The translations under genes were made by a program, and so were the position numbers. The notes under the pieces are model-generated. The model was given only the letters and a program-made list of their open reading frames with translations, did not search any database and was not told the DNA's origin. A stretch of DNA of 64,000 nt from Tubiluchus corallicola. Taxonomy: Eukaryota; Animalia; Priapulida. The first letter of the stretch is position 1, and every line of letters begins with the position of its first letter. Shown piece by piece: positions 51,501 through 64,000 of the stretch. The stretch covers positions 1-64,000 of the forward strand of contig JAQGDQ010000093.1 of NCBI GenBank assembly GCA_030141605.1. The letters are read 5' to 3'.

Positions 51501-54500
51501 AACCAACCAACCAACAAAAGCAACTAATCAACCAACCAACAAAACCAACCAACGAACCAACCAACCAAGCAACCAACTAACAAAACCAACCAACTGTCCG
51601 ACTAACCACCAACCAACCAATCAATCAATCAATCAACCAACCAATCAATCAATCTATCAGCCAACAAAACCAACCAATCAACCAACCACACTCAACCAAC
51701 CAACCATCCAGTTGAACAGCTTTCAAAGTTAAAAACTCTTTGCTGTACAAATAGCACGGAATGCATTCAAGCAACTGCTACCAATTAAAGCAGCAAACGT
51801 GCAAGATGAAAGCTTATCAAACAAAGAATTTGTCATAACAAGTTTTTCACGAAAACCCAAATGCAAAACCAACCAGTTAACAATGTTAGCTTAGTAAAAT
51901 CATACAACATGCTTCAATCCTTGAGTGGATCATTTAACACCAAAAACAGCTTTCGCATCACGGCATGTTTTAAAAAACAACTCAGCTCAAAACAAAACGC
52001 AATAAAACAAAACAAAACGAGATGCACAGAATAAGAAAAAAACTCACTGCTTACTTGTCTGGCTGGCTTTTTGGTAATTTAAAAAGAGATAAAGAAATTT
52101 ACCTTGGAATGAGAGCATATGTACTGCATCATTCGGTTGCTAAGCTGCAGCTTCTTCAGCACCTCCAAGACATCTTCCGTATGAGCCCTGAACATTCTCT
52201 CCAGCAGGGGCATTGCCTGTCGCATAAACGTTTCCAGAAATCTGCGTCCGTACTGTCAAAAACAAAAATGTCAACATAAAATACATATGTATGTGTAGCT
52301 TAGTGAAGTAATTTTACTATTTGCAATAGAATGTCTTTTATGTCTTTTTGCAAATAACAACTTGATAATAAATAAGGAGGCAAGTGTAACGTATTGATTT
52401 GTAATGGCTCCTGGAGATGGCAGCACTGTATAAACATGTGCTTGGACAGAACAAAACATGTCGTCATTCACAAACTTGTTTAAGATGTTACAGCGAGTAC
52501 CCAAAGTAGCTTCAAACACAATTTTATTAAAAATTGTAAAAAATTGTACCTGCAGTTTTGAATTTTACTATTGTTTCAGTCGGACTTTACTGTTTTATCA
52601 CATTTATAAGTGTGACTGATCGAAAACTAGGGGTAAGCATCGCACAATTGAGTTTGACTGGAACCTAAAATTATAGATTTAAATAATTCAGCACTTCATG
52701 TATATATATGTTCTTTATGATTAAAATGTTTGAAACATCTTGCATCGGCATAATTTAGCTGCAATTTCTGTGCACAATTCTAAACAAATTATCATTATTT
52801 TTTACTGCAGAACAAAATCAAGCAATATGCACAATCTTTGTGAGACCGCTTTTTATTAGTGTTTCGAAAACGCCGAAATTCGGTTTGATTCGAGTTCGAA
52901 AGTCAAAAAAACATTCGAATTGAATTCACTTTCCGATAGAGAATGTTCATGCCCATCGATAACACATCTTACACCACTCTCTCCCATCTGACTGGTTATG
53001 AATTGTTTCTGTTTTCCTTTTACCTTTCTGTTTAAAAGAGTCAAACGGGACACTTTCGACCTTGGCGGATGTCTGCACTCAACCGAGTACCATTTTAGTA
53101 AGAGAAATAATTAAGCGACAGCACAAATAATTACCTTTAATACAGTAGCCAAGTTGACACGCGAGTCAAACACTTTGATGAAGTTAATAAGCATGTGCAG
53201 TAAGCGCACAGCCTTGCTCCATTCTACCAGCTTTTCTTCTCGAGCCTGAAATCGTATCCCATTTCATTTCAAACATTACAAAAATCATAATGCAACAAAT
53301 TTCGCAGAAGAAAATGCAAGGAATTTTGTGGAAAAGAAATTGAACGAAATACTTGGCTTGAAAAATCAGTAAATGCACATTTAGACGAAATACTTCAATA
53401 CAATCAGAAATAAAATTGTTGATGCAACATTTTTTTGTAATTTAGATCATTTTACTCCACTCAGAATATGAAGTGTTACTCAAAGACTGCGCAAGTCTTG
53501 GCACATGGTTCTCAATGCTCGTTAAAATGCAAACAGATGTAGTTGATTGTTGAGAAAACAATAAGCCTTTTCACATTTTCAGTGATTGATGATGATCGTG
53601 AAAAGATCAAAGGTTAAGTGTACCAGACAACACATTTGTGTACACTTGACAACACCTCGGAGCCCATGCTGCTGTAATAGTAACAGTTTTAACAGCTAGT
53701 TAGAGCCTTAACTAGTTCACTTTCTTGTTCCAAGCTGCTGTTCCAAAATCCTGCTAGTAAATCACTTTACGCACAGACTAATGCACAATTAAGTAAAGAT
53801 GACATAAAACAACAAGGAAATGGCACCACAACTGAAGTTACTGAACTGATGTGGCAGACGGCTTTGCTTTATCCACATATAATGTGACGATTGTAGTTAA
53901 GACGCATTGCTGGCTTCCTTTGACCTACAGCAAGTGCATGTGCGCATAACAAAACTACAAAAAGGCATAGTAACATTTGACGTTACTAAAATCGCCATAA
54001 AAATGTACATTGCATGATCATGAAAAACAAATAAAGGCTTTTTTCTTCAACTAATTGAAAAAACTGTAAATATATTTAAAAAACCAATCAACGCATTACT
54101 TGATAACAAGTTACATACAGTTTTTGTTATTATACAGGGCGTTCCAAAAAAAAAGTGAAGTAGAAATATGCTGATATGGTAAAATGTCCAATGTGGTTGA
54201 GTGCTGAGTCACAAAGCACAATTTTCTTACCATACAACTTGAATTTTACACATTCTAATGTAAATATGACACATTGTATGGTGGAACACAGTTGTGCTTA
54301 AAGTATTTGTTAAATTGGTAGCACACTGTTTCTTTTGGAGCATCCTGTATTAAGCCAAAGCACATAAGTGATGATTTGATGGCAAATGAAGATGATCAAA
54401 AGCAAAATCTCGGCGATTTCATGCCGTAGGGATTACAGCTGGCAAAATGTAGAAATAGGCCATCATTTCCATTTGGAACAATCTGATTACGCCTACTGAG

Positions 54501-57500
54501 TCACCTTAAAGCTGTGACAGTTTTTTATGATAATAATGATGCATTATGAACAAAGCAGCTCTTTTTACTAGAAACAACTATTATGACACTATCAGCAGTG
54601 CTTAAATTGTACCAGGTCTGTCAGGGAGACCCAGAGCCTAAAGTTACAGACCCTAAAAAGCAATGTCTCGCCGGGTCGCATATTTAGTTTTCTCACCATT
54701 TAATAATCTATAAGCCAATCTGTTAAAATTTCTGTAACACAAGTTAGTAGCACAACGTCCGTCTTTCAGTCAATAAAATTGAACTGTAAATGATAACAAT
54801 GGATGCCTCATTGTTGCTGCAATTTTTCAAGAAAAAATATAAACGTTTAAAAAGGAATTGCTGTTTTTGAATTAACACCTAAAATTTGTATCCTTAATGG
54901 AGAAAAACGGTTGAAAAATTGCTCTACTAAACTGACCTTTTTCGACCATTAAAGGCTTCAAAAGCCTAAAACAAGGAAAATATAAGCCCAGGACCCCACT
55001 TGGGCAGTTTACTTGGACACCCCTAAATACACTTTAAGAATTGACTATCAACTAAATGATAAAATGACTTTACATGGTGGTGTTAATCTTGATATAAAAT
55101 ACTCACCATTTTCAGATCGCTCAACTTGACTGGTTGTATCCTCTTTGCACATTCCACTAATTCTGCCATCAACACTCGATAGTAAATGGAGAATGACGGC
55201 CGGCCAAGCGTGCCCCAGTGACCTGACCACATCTCCTTATTTTCGCCGAATAGTTGAGTTATGCCGTTGTTTGCAATCTTTTCAATGGCCGCAATGACAT
55301 CTAGTGAGTGCTCAATGAACGTGCTGCCAAAAAATAAAAAAATAAATAAATTTTCTGATGGAATGTGACAAAATGAACAGTCAAGTAGCCTGCATCTGTG
55401 TGTGTGTGTGTGTTTGTGTGTGCATGCATGTGTGTGTGTGTGTGTGCACATGCATGTGTGTGTTTGTGAGTGCATGTTTGTATGTGCATGTGTGTGTGTG
55501 CATGCATGTGTATGTGTGTGCGTGCATGTGTGTGTTTGTGAGTATGTGTATGTGTCTGTATGTGCATGTGTGTGTGTGTGCGCATGTGTGTGTGTGTGCG
55601 TGCGCATGTGTGGTGTGTGTGCACATGTGTGGTGCTTGTGTGAGTGAGTATGAGGGTCTGTGTGTGCATGTACATGCATGTGTGTGCGCGCGCATGTATG
55701 TGCATGCGTGTGCCAACTTGGTTGCAATCGTTGGCATCTGAAGTTAGTTAGGACATCTCTACAGATTTAATGCCTCATCCTACAAGGTCCCCGTCCTGCC
55801 ATGTTTTGCCACAACCACAGCCAGAGTAAGGCCCACCAATGAGTGCTGGATTCCGGATTGCACAGTAGCAAGCCGGATGTAATAACCGGTACAAAAGTTT
55901 CCGGAAAGGAGTACTACCAAAACAATGAATGTGGTGAACTCACATAAACACACATTATATGACTTTCTATTTTTGCTACTATACATCCGGCAAAACCGGA
56001 ATTAATGCAAAGAAGATGTACAATAGACTTCAGAAGAAGATTATGCGAACGCAATCTTAAGATGTCCTTATAGCTTGGAATAAGCTGCTACATACGAAGT
56101 TTAACTTGCCAAGAGAAATATCAACTAGCCCGTACTGCGAAGCATATGGGTTACATGCACCAACTTGTGCACACATTTACGTACATTTGTAAGCACGGGC
56201 ATAGCTCGTATGTTACATGTTTCGTATGATGTGCTTCGGTCAGTTCCTCTAAGTCCTTCAACTAGAACATCATTTACTAATGCCATGGAAAGGTTTTAGT
56301 AAAAATTTATAATATGCAGTAACATATTGTGACATCACAGTGTAAAATCTGACTAAAAACTTATTATGTGAACGAGACCGGCATCATGACGAAGCAGACC
56401 TCTTTATAAAGTTACTATGCAAGGGAGTATTCCAACAATTTGATGACGACATTCATGATGATGATGGCAAAGAGAACTTACAGCAGTAGAGTTTGCACAC
56501 ATTCATTGAACCTTACTCCTCTTTCCCTCTCACCACTCCCGCTAACCCACTCCCTTTGCAGGAAAACCTGTGAGGTTGCTTCCAGTTTTTCACTAAAGGT
56601 GGCAGCAGTGTCTTGCTCGCCGGCAATAGCACTGAGAAGTCCGATCAGGGCTACGGCGCATGGGAGAGTGGACATCGTATCAGCAAATTTCTCTGCATAT
56701 TGAAATGCTTCACTGAAAATAGGCAACACAGGAAAGCTTAGCAAAATATAGCAAATATAGTATCTATGCCACTTTAATGTGAATATAAATATTTCATTTA
56801 GTCTTCGTAATACACAGGTGTTGTGTACAAAGTACAGCGCTTATATAAGATATTCAGTGTGTTGAACTAAAACTAAGAGAAATTTTAAGATAAAAATTCA
56901 AATTTCAAATTTACCGCTGTGCTCACACATGAGCTGTCGAATGTGTGTAGTTCGTCATAAACTAACACATCTGAACTGAGAGGAACAGTACCTGTTTTTG
57001 TGCAATGCATTTCTGAAATGTAAGCGTTGGACCCCGTCTAACTAGTGAATGGTGAAATGCATGTAACAGCGAAGAACTAGTGTAGCGCGAATGTGAAATT
57101 GCATTTGTATGGTGGTAATTCTTTCATGTAAGTCATTTTTGAAAAAACATTGTTTCCTTTCAATATGTTAAAGAGTAAATTGTTTTGACCTACAGTTTAA
57201 GATGGGGTCAGGTTTTACTTCAAATAAATAGATCACATAATAGGGTTTGAAGAAGCAAATTAGCATGACACTCCTGGCCTGCTACGACATTTTAAACTAG
57301 TTAATTTACATTTCAAAAATGGGTGAGATTACCGAGAAATGCAAAGCACACGGAAATCCCTTATTTACGTAAGGTTAAAAAAGTTCTGACTTGAAATTTT
57401 GTATCAGCTCACTAAGAAGTAGTGAAATCTTTGGCTTCTACGAGAATACATAATTAATGATTATACCTATGAAACTGGTTGCCATTTGTAAACTAATTAA

Positions 57501-60500
57501 AACATTTTATATGTTTTTAGTATTTTATATTTCACAGTTTTTATAAAACTCGTTTCTATCAGTAATACTGTGGGATGTTTGAATAAATTTTAACGTGTAA
57601 ACTTAATACAGCATACGGAAATGCAGAAAAGTGGTCAAAGATATGATGTAGGTTTAGTGACCAACGAAAGTGGAGTATTCCCTCCATATTTATCCACAGA
57701 GCGCAGTTACACTAAATTTTGCTTGTATTCACATGATGATGAAACATTTCCGGTGGCAGAAGGTTAAACAGTTTTGGCCTAAAAAGCATAATACAGTTAT
57801 AGCACTTTCAATGTGAACAGTATTTTTACAGATGCATACTGAATATATGTATACATTAAGAGGTATCAGGTTTACAACAATTAGCGTAATGGCTCATTAA
57901 CAGAAGGAGGTGTTGGGAAATTTTTGCCCTAGCAAATTGAACCTATAACCATGAGCATTCAGGGCATCTCATGTCATTGTCCTCTACATGGAGAACTAAA
58001 CCACACCAGCTGAACAATCATCATACTTGCGTAAATGTTTCAGGTTTCGTTTCCTAGATGGAGTCACCGTAGCTTCACCACGAAAAGCAAGGGCTGTTAG
58101 TGCCTCCCGAAGCAGTTCCTTATTCTCCGGCATAACGAAGCCGCTCCTACGAAAATGTCAGATATGCAAATGAAGACACAATAACACAAACCAATGTTTA
58201 AACTACACATTTTATACAAGTAGTCATGTTTACCTCACGTCCAATTCGTATTTGTTTAGCAAAACCTCGGATTGTCAAAAATCCACTTCAATTAAAAACA
58301 ATTTTATGTGTGTGTGTGTGTTTGCAAACCAAAAATGTCCTTATGTCGGCATAGTTAAAACTACATCATGATGATTCAAAGTAGAATGACCCAAAAATTT
58401 GGTCAACATGTCAATTTTTCGTATTTTATATAAACCAAACGCTAAATCTATTGGACTTTAATATTCTAAAACAGTAAAAATTTAATTTTATAGCTCCTTA
58501 CTCACTTTGCTGTATAGAAAAAAGTAATACAATTGTAAAAAACTTGTATTTTCAAACTCTGATAATATCTCATGGAAACGTGTTTTTGCCTTGTTTTTTT
58601 CAGTTACCAAGCCCAGATCTTCGTCAGAGATAGCCATCAACTGCATTTAAACAAAACTTCAATATGTTCTTGCAAAGTTGAACCAACCATAATTTGTGCG
58701 GTTGCTAAGTGTTTTGAAGAAACACGACAAAAAACAATGGTTAACTTTAACAGTGATTTTCTCAAGGTTATGTTTTTTAGTGTGCAACCGGCACCTCAAC
58801 TTCAACATGGATTTATCTCAGCTTGGAAATAACACAGAGTGATGAGCTTGATATTAAAATGATGCTCATGAGACGGAGAGCAGGATATGTGAATAACTAG
58901 AAAAGCCTAATTGTTGCGTTACGGGTGATTTTGCTATGCAAGCACACATACTACAAAAAGTAAATACTACCAGTTCAGTACAGTTGTCAGGATCATGAAG
59001 AGTTTCTGTGAGCTGTCGGACATCAAACCAGCTTCGGGGGTATTCATTCCCGGGCCGTCGACAATTCCGTCATTTTTGGCAACAATGTTCTAAACAAAAG
59101 CACCAAAACAAAAACACATACACATTCTTACAACGCTAGGAGAGACAAAGTAGTAAGCATATTTAGGGGAAAGGAGAACAGCAAGGAACTGTTTAACGAC
59201 TGCAATCTATCAGTTTCAATTTCAATTCAATTTAATCTTAGTTTCAATTTATTTGAATTAACACAACAACAGTTTTACAATAGATTTAAGATGAGGGTAC
59301 ATAAAATACATATTACCAATAATGTGTTTGTCAACTTATTAACATAAACAATAACATTTTAGAGAGACCCAAGAAGCTACAGCTTATAGGGGTCACCCAG
59401 AGGGCAATATGGGGATGTTTAAGAAGGGAATTATGACAGTTTATGATCAAAATTTTGTAAATATTTAAAGCTTATGATTAGTATGTTAGAAAAATAAATG
59501 GAGAGATTGGTGTAATGGTTATTTTTTCTGCTCTGAGGAGTATAGCACACTTGTGAAAATTTCTAATTACAATATTACAATTACAATCTGCTATAGGCAT
59601 TCTGAAATAGACCTGTGTGGAGTAATAAATCAACCGACTTGACAATCAATCATGACAACCTGAGTTTGGATTCGCCACGTTGCCCATTACAGATGTAAGT
59701 AATTCCAATGCACCAGTTCATATTTTCACAGTGAAATACATTAGAGCTGATCATTATTTACCGTACTGCATTTCCACGGGAAATCTAGAATTGATCAGAA
59801 ATGTAACGTAAGGATGCACGCTTTGTGAATATGCGCGCTTTGCGTTTACAAAACAGTCTTGAAAAATTTCAAATTTGTCTTGCTCTGCTTTCATTTTATT
59901 AGTGAATTAGGAAGAGTTTATTGTGTTGTGTTTCGCAATAACAAAGCAAAATTTCCAAGACACACAATATACACAAGCAATAGGGGCATATTAGTCACTA
60001 GACTCAAAGTTTGCGGGGTGTAACATTTTAGAAAAAGTTCTATACTCTTGGAAAAATGTGTATACTTTCATATTTTATAACGCACATTTTATAACACACT
60101 ACAGGCGGTTACTGACAGCAGCTTTTATATAAGTGCCACATAACAAACAGGTGCAAGATATTACACAACAAGCAGTTGTGCAGCTTGCTTGAATATAAGC
60201 GCTATGCAAATACATGTAATTAATAATGACCGCGTAGAAACTAGTTTAATAGTGTTTCTAGTACACCGCAAGTAATTGTTTAACATGCTTATTACATAAG
60301 TAACTATAAATTCGCAATGAATATAGGCGGGACAGAACTATCAGCCTAAGGTGTCGTAAAGTATTGGTACTCCCCTGACAAACGAAATATATTGTCTAAG
60401 AAAGCACTTCAAAGACCTCGTAATATAAAAATTATATATGTGAAAAGAAAGAATTGTCTCCCCCATAAACTAAATCCTTGGCCTGACCTAGGTGACAGCA

Positions 60501-63201
60501 GAGTAAAATGTAACTATCAGATTAAAATTTGTTAAATATAATATATAATTTTTTACCTGAAAATAGGTGTGAATTGCTTCAAGCTGCCTACAGAAAGCTG
60601 GAAACAGTTCTACAGCGAAACGAATAACTTTGGCAATGGGACGAACTGACAAGTGCGAAAAACCAACCTGTACCCATTGAGAAAAGCATAAGCATTTTCA
60701 AAAATGTATATTGTCAGCTATGTAATTATACCTGTCATATACAAATATAAGAAGCACTGGTTAGAATTACACTCACATCTCGATTTGCGGACCTCACTTT
60801 TACGGATATCTGAAAATTCGGACAAAACATGGTCAGTTAAAAGTCCCGCATAAATTGGACACAGTCCGTTGTTTCGTGAGCTGACCACTAGTTGGCAGGC
60901 CGTCACTTTGCTTACATCATGTGCATCTGTGTAACCAGGTGTATATCTCTATGTATAAAAATATGGAATCAACTATGTGGAGTTATTTGAGTCAATTCCC
61001 AGCAGTTTTTATATACGTTTGCATATGAGCAACTAGGCCCGTACTAGAGACAACTAAACAATTGATTCTACATTACCGTGAGTCTAATACACGGCACGGT
61101 ATTAGATTAGTATCGGTAAATACGGACAATTGGCAAATTGGGACCGACGCCTACCCGCTTTTGTCCGGCGAACCGAGATATGAGTGTATAATCAATTATA
61201 ATCACAAGTGCTAGGAATCTCACAGCTAATATTAGGCTTGAATTCCAAAGGTCCTTGGTTCAAATACAGTTTCAATCCCATTCTTTTAACTTAAACTAAT
61301 ACTGTATAATCTTCAGGTTTAATATATCCTAATATTAAAAAAATCCTAATAATCATGGATTCGATGATTCCATCACTGGATTTCTAAAACAGTATGATTA
61401 GTTTCTGCACAAAAGCCAATATATAATCGTTGTATGGCACGTGTACAGCAAGTGAATTACAGATTGTCTGATAATGAAGTTTAACATGTATTAGAAGTTA
61501 GAAAAAAACATAACCAACTATTAATTTTGTACAACTTTTCGATTCCTATACAGTAGATGCCGCTTAATAGACTCACTTTGAGACCGAAGTGTCTTGACCC
61601 AATCAACCGACTGAACCTATTAACCGATGGGTGTAGTATTACTGGTATACAGGTGTAAGTCATCAGCTTAGTATGCACTGTGAAGGTTTTTTGATAAATT
61701 TTAGAAACTAAGTAATGCCTAAATTACTTCGTGCAGTTAAAAATTAGAAAAAAATATTTTAAAATATTAATTTATATAAGTGAAATAGCAATGAATTAAA
61801 AAGTACAGTTTTCTACATCACACAAGTCTGTTTATTTACAAAACCTGCATCAGTGATTGTTAACTGACTAAGCGTGAAAGTGTGATTTGCAACCAGAGCT
61901 TGAAAAGGAAACCGCTAGGCAAGTGACTAAACGTTTAGCTTCCAGAAATTCTTTGGGTAACAGTGGACGAGCGGGTAACAGATTGACAGCAAAACTGCTA
62001 TGCTAGCATTAGCGCATGATAAACGTACCTGCTTATAAACAAAACGGTACTTAACATGATTGTTTTGCACACATAGCACACAATAGAGAAGAAAAGATGA
62101 TATAAAAGTAGGAAAGTAGGCTCTTTTGGCACATACAAATGTCTTATTTAAAGTACGTGAAGGAAAAATGTTGAGTCAATTATGCGAAATTATTTGAGTC
62201 AATTAACGACAGTTTTTATGTATATATGAATAGAAGTTGCTCGTACCAGGCATTTTGAGTCAATTAATCGATGCCTACTGGATTATGCAATCACGTGTAT
62301 AATCTAGTTATGCATGTATTCCTAAGTAATTTACACTGTTCTGTTTGTTCAACAAAAACAACACAATACAACTCAACTTTTTTGCTGTTACACGCACAAC
62401 ACATACAACAAAACATGGTCCAATCTTAAACTATAGGTCAAAAGAATGTACTATTTAAAATACTGAAAGGGAACATACTATTTTTTTCAGAAAAGAGTTA
62501 CGTGAAAGAATTATTGCCACACAAACACAGTTTTGCATACGCGCCACTAGTTCTTCACTGTTCCATGCATTTCGACATTTGCTAGTTAGACGGGCATTAG
62601 TGCCTGCACTTCGGAAATGCATTACACAAAACAGGTACTGTACTTCTCAATTCAGATGTGTTAGTTTGTGACGAACTACACACGTTTGACAGCTCATGCG
62701 TGAGCACAGTGGCAAATTTGAAATTTGAATTTTTATCTTAAAACTTGCCTAGTTCTACTACAACACACTAAATATCTTACAGTAGCACTGTACTTCAATT
62801 TTCGCTTTCTCAAACACGTGGAACACGCTCGTGGAATATTTTTACTGTTGAAAATTATGTTAGCTTGTGATGTCATCAATAGTTGGGCTCGCCCGCCGTT
62901 AATTATTTAATTATCAGAAATGCTTTCCCAGTATTAATTGTGTTAAAATATATACTTTTTATTGGACTTGAAAATGGGGACCCAGTATGTGAAAAATCAT
63001 CCTGTCTTGCTTGAAATTAATTTTGCTACCAGGACATTTTCATCTGTAATTATTCAAGCACGCATCTACCTTTTTCGTTCCTCTGAAGCCAAACCCTCTC
63101 TGTCTGGTAGAAGAAGCCACTACTGAATACTCCATCTTCATCAGAAAGTCTTGCAACAAAAAATCCAACTCAGCCGGGCCGAGGCAAATTTCGCTCTCAG
63201 A
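48514..63201 (-). CDS. FANCD2: Fanconi anemia group D2 protein, 3' part (11 exons, 516 aa plus stop; gene continues beyond the window)
   Basis: Exons 63070-63201, 60557-60667, 58971-59089, 58027-58146, 56482-56712, 55107-55323, 53135-53245, 52103-52252, 50284-50430, 49661-49756, 48514-48630; all GT-AG with consistent phases (1551 nt); [62 protein letters not shown] match the FANCD2 C-terminus. Confidence 0.93.
48854..48893 (-). repeat. 5S rRNA-like fragment (possible SINE3 relic) in the last FANCD2 intron
   Basis: AAAGTCAAGCAGTGCCAAGCCTAGTCAGTAAATGGCTGGG resembles the 5S internal promoter region. Confidence 0.35.
49058..49500. mobile_element. pogo/Tigger-like MITE
   Basis: TIR CAGTCAACCTYGGRTATAA, TA on both sides, internal TATAAGGGA subrepeats. 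Confidence 0.85.
50573..51240 (+). mobile_element. MITE family A (non-autonomous DNA transposon)
   Basis: Imperfect TIRs TGTGTGCTTGCA..CAAAA.CGTC.ATAAG; full-length homologue at 58315-58948. Confidence 0.82.
51413..51708. repeat. Degenerate (AACC)n/(AATC)n tetranucleotide repeat
   Basis: Seen directly. Confidence 0.92.
54135..54347. mobile_element. Short Tc1/mariner-type MITE
   Basis: TA-CAGGGCGTTCCAAAA ... TTTTGGAGCATCCTG-TA. Confidence 0.65.
55397..55712. repeat. Degenerate (TG)n/(TGCA)n microsatellite
   Basis: Seen directly; source of spurious His/Thr and Val/Cys ORFs. Confidence 0.95.
56830..57088 (+). repeat. Interspersed repeat, copy 1 (inverted relative to 62541-62795)
   Basis: ~255-bp homology including AAATTCAAATTTCAAATTT...GTGTGTAGTTCGTCA.AAACTAACACATCTGAA. 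Confidence 0.85.
58315..58948 (+). mobile_element. MITE family A, second full copy
   Basis: Colinear homology with 50573-51240 and the same termini. Confidence 0.82.
60770..61186. mobile_element. MITE family B, second copy
   Basis: TA-CACTCACATCTCG ... CCGAGATATGAGTG-TA; homologous to 47099-47485 inverted. Confidence 0.8.
61551..62280. mobile_element. Degenerate pogo-like MITE
   Basis: Imperfect TIR CAGTAG...G.TTAAT.GACTC; repeated GAGTCAATTA subterminal motifs. Confidence 0.55.
62541..62795 (-). repeat. Interspersed repeat, copy 2
   Basis: Reverse-complement homologue of 56830-57088. Confidence 0.85.
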
Positions 63202-63336
63202 CTGGAATGTAGAAACTGTTTATCATAAATTTTTGAGATTAGTCAAAATGCTATGTCATTTGCTAACATGCCACAAACAATTAGCAGTGCAGCAGCTTCC
63301 AAAATAGTAGCAATTAAATAAAGCATGGACATAGTA

Positions 63337-63660
63337 CAGTCGACCCCCGTTAAACCAGACCCTGTTAGCCCGGATATCGGATAAGACGGACGTCATCCGT
63401 GGTAAAGGAAACTGACCGATTTCCGTTCGAGCCGGAGCGCTAAACACAACACGGCCTACCAAATGTACAATAATTTCTTTATCCTCACAGGTTAACTATT
63501 TTAAAGTAATATACAGTATAGTATATAGTGCAATGTATATAGGCCTTTTAAGGTGATTATTCCTGTGTAATATAGACCATATATAGGCATATCGGATAAA
63601 TTGGACAATCGGCTAAACCGGACCCCCCCCCAATTATTCCGGTTTAACGAGGGTCGACTG
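63337..63660. mobile_element. pogo/Tigger-like MITE
   Basis: TIR CAGTCGACCCYCGTTAAACCRGA, TA on both sides. Confidence 0.88.
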
Positions 63661-64000
63661 TATATAGGAAAAACATCTTTCTGTCTTTCTCTTTTTTCTC
63701 TCTCTCTCTCTCTCTCTTTCGCTCTCCCCCTCTCCCCCTCATTCTAGTCATTTTGTTTGCCCTGTGAAACTTATAAATAAACCGTTAAACTATTACAGGT
63801 GCGACTCTGTGTTTAATTAGAACCCACCATTACGCCATTGTTTACTACAAGCTACACAAAGAATTCTTCAGGTTGAATCAAAACTGAACCATCAAAAATT
63901 GGTCAGATCTTGTACGTAGAATTTTTTTTCAAAAAAAGAATACCTAGTGGTCACTGTCCAGAGTATGATGATCAACGCAATATAAAAAACTCAGCTACGC

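Larger units (their letters stand above)
44923..64000. other. Animal (metazoan) genomic DNA
   Basis: No long ORFs, microsatellites, TA-flanked MITEs, spliced GT-AG gene. Confidence 0.95.

Noticed and set aside
55083-55741. His/Thr-rich and Val/Cys-rich ORFs as metal-binding proteins
   Set aside because: Translations of a (TG)n microsatellite; only 55107-55323 is a real FANCD2 exon
59215-59430. LINE (CR1/L2) 3' end with (TTGAA)n tail
   Set aside because: Tail-like pattern is suggestive, but there is no RT homology or second copy to support it

Overview
This window is chimeric. Bases 1 to ~44922 are a Bacteroidota bacterium (TAnnTTTG promoters, Bacteroidota-type bat operon, purF and rnpB). 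That part carries yqhD-like ADH, DUF368, aroE, an IS1634 with a 169-bp target duplication, truA, moxR-DUF58-batA-E, queA, a Wzi-like protein, rnpB, FKBP, nrnA, ndk, asnB, a TPR lipoprotein, miaB, yebC, a SPOR protein, purF and a 5'-truncated glgB. An ~11.5-kb AT-rich tyrosine-integrase island (27979-39451) sits in the first codons of miaB. The native ATG-ATT-GTA is stranded at the far end of the island, which supplies a candidate promoter and an in-frame replacement N-terminus. Its cargo is an intact five-gene UbiA/DprE1/DprE2/GT-C-like/HAD cassette, i.e. a mobile polyprenyl-phospho-arabinofuranose synthesis and transfer module. The island also holds a resolvase, a methyltransferase remnant, a truncated excisionase-like gene and two IS elements. 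From ~44923 to 64000 the sequence is animal genomic DNA with microsatellites, TA-flanked MITEs and the last 11 coding exons of a FANCD2 orthologue on the minus strand. The bacterium-animal junction is ungapped and falls inside glgB at a GA-rich repeat: most likely a misassembly, possibly a real insertion.
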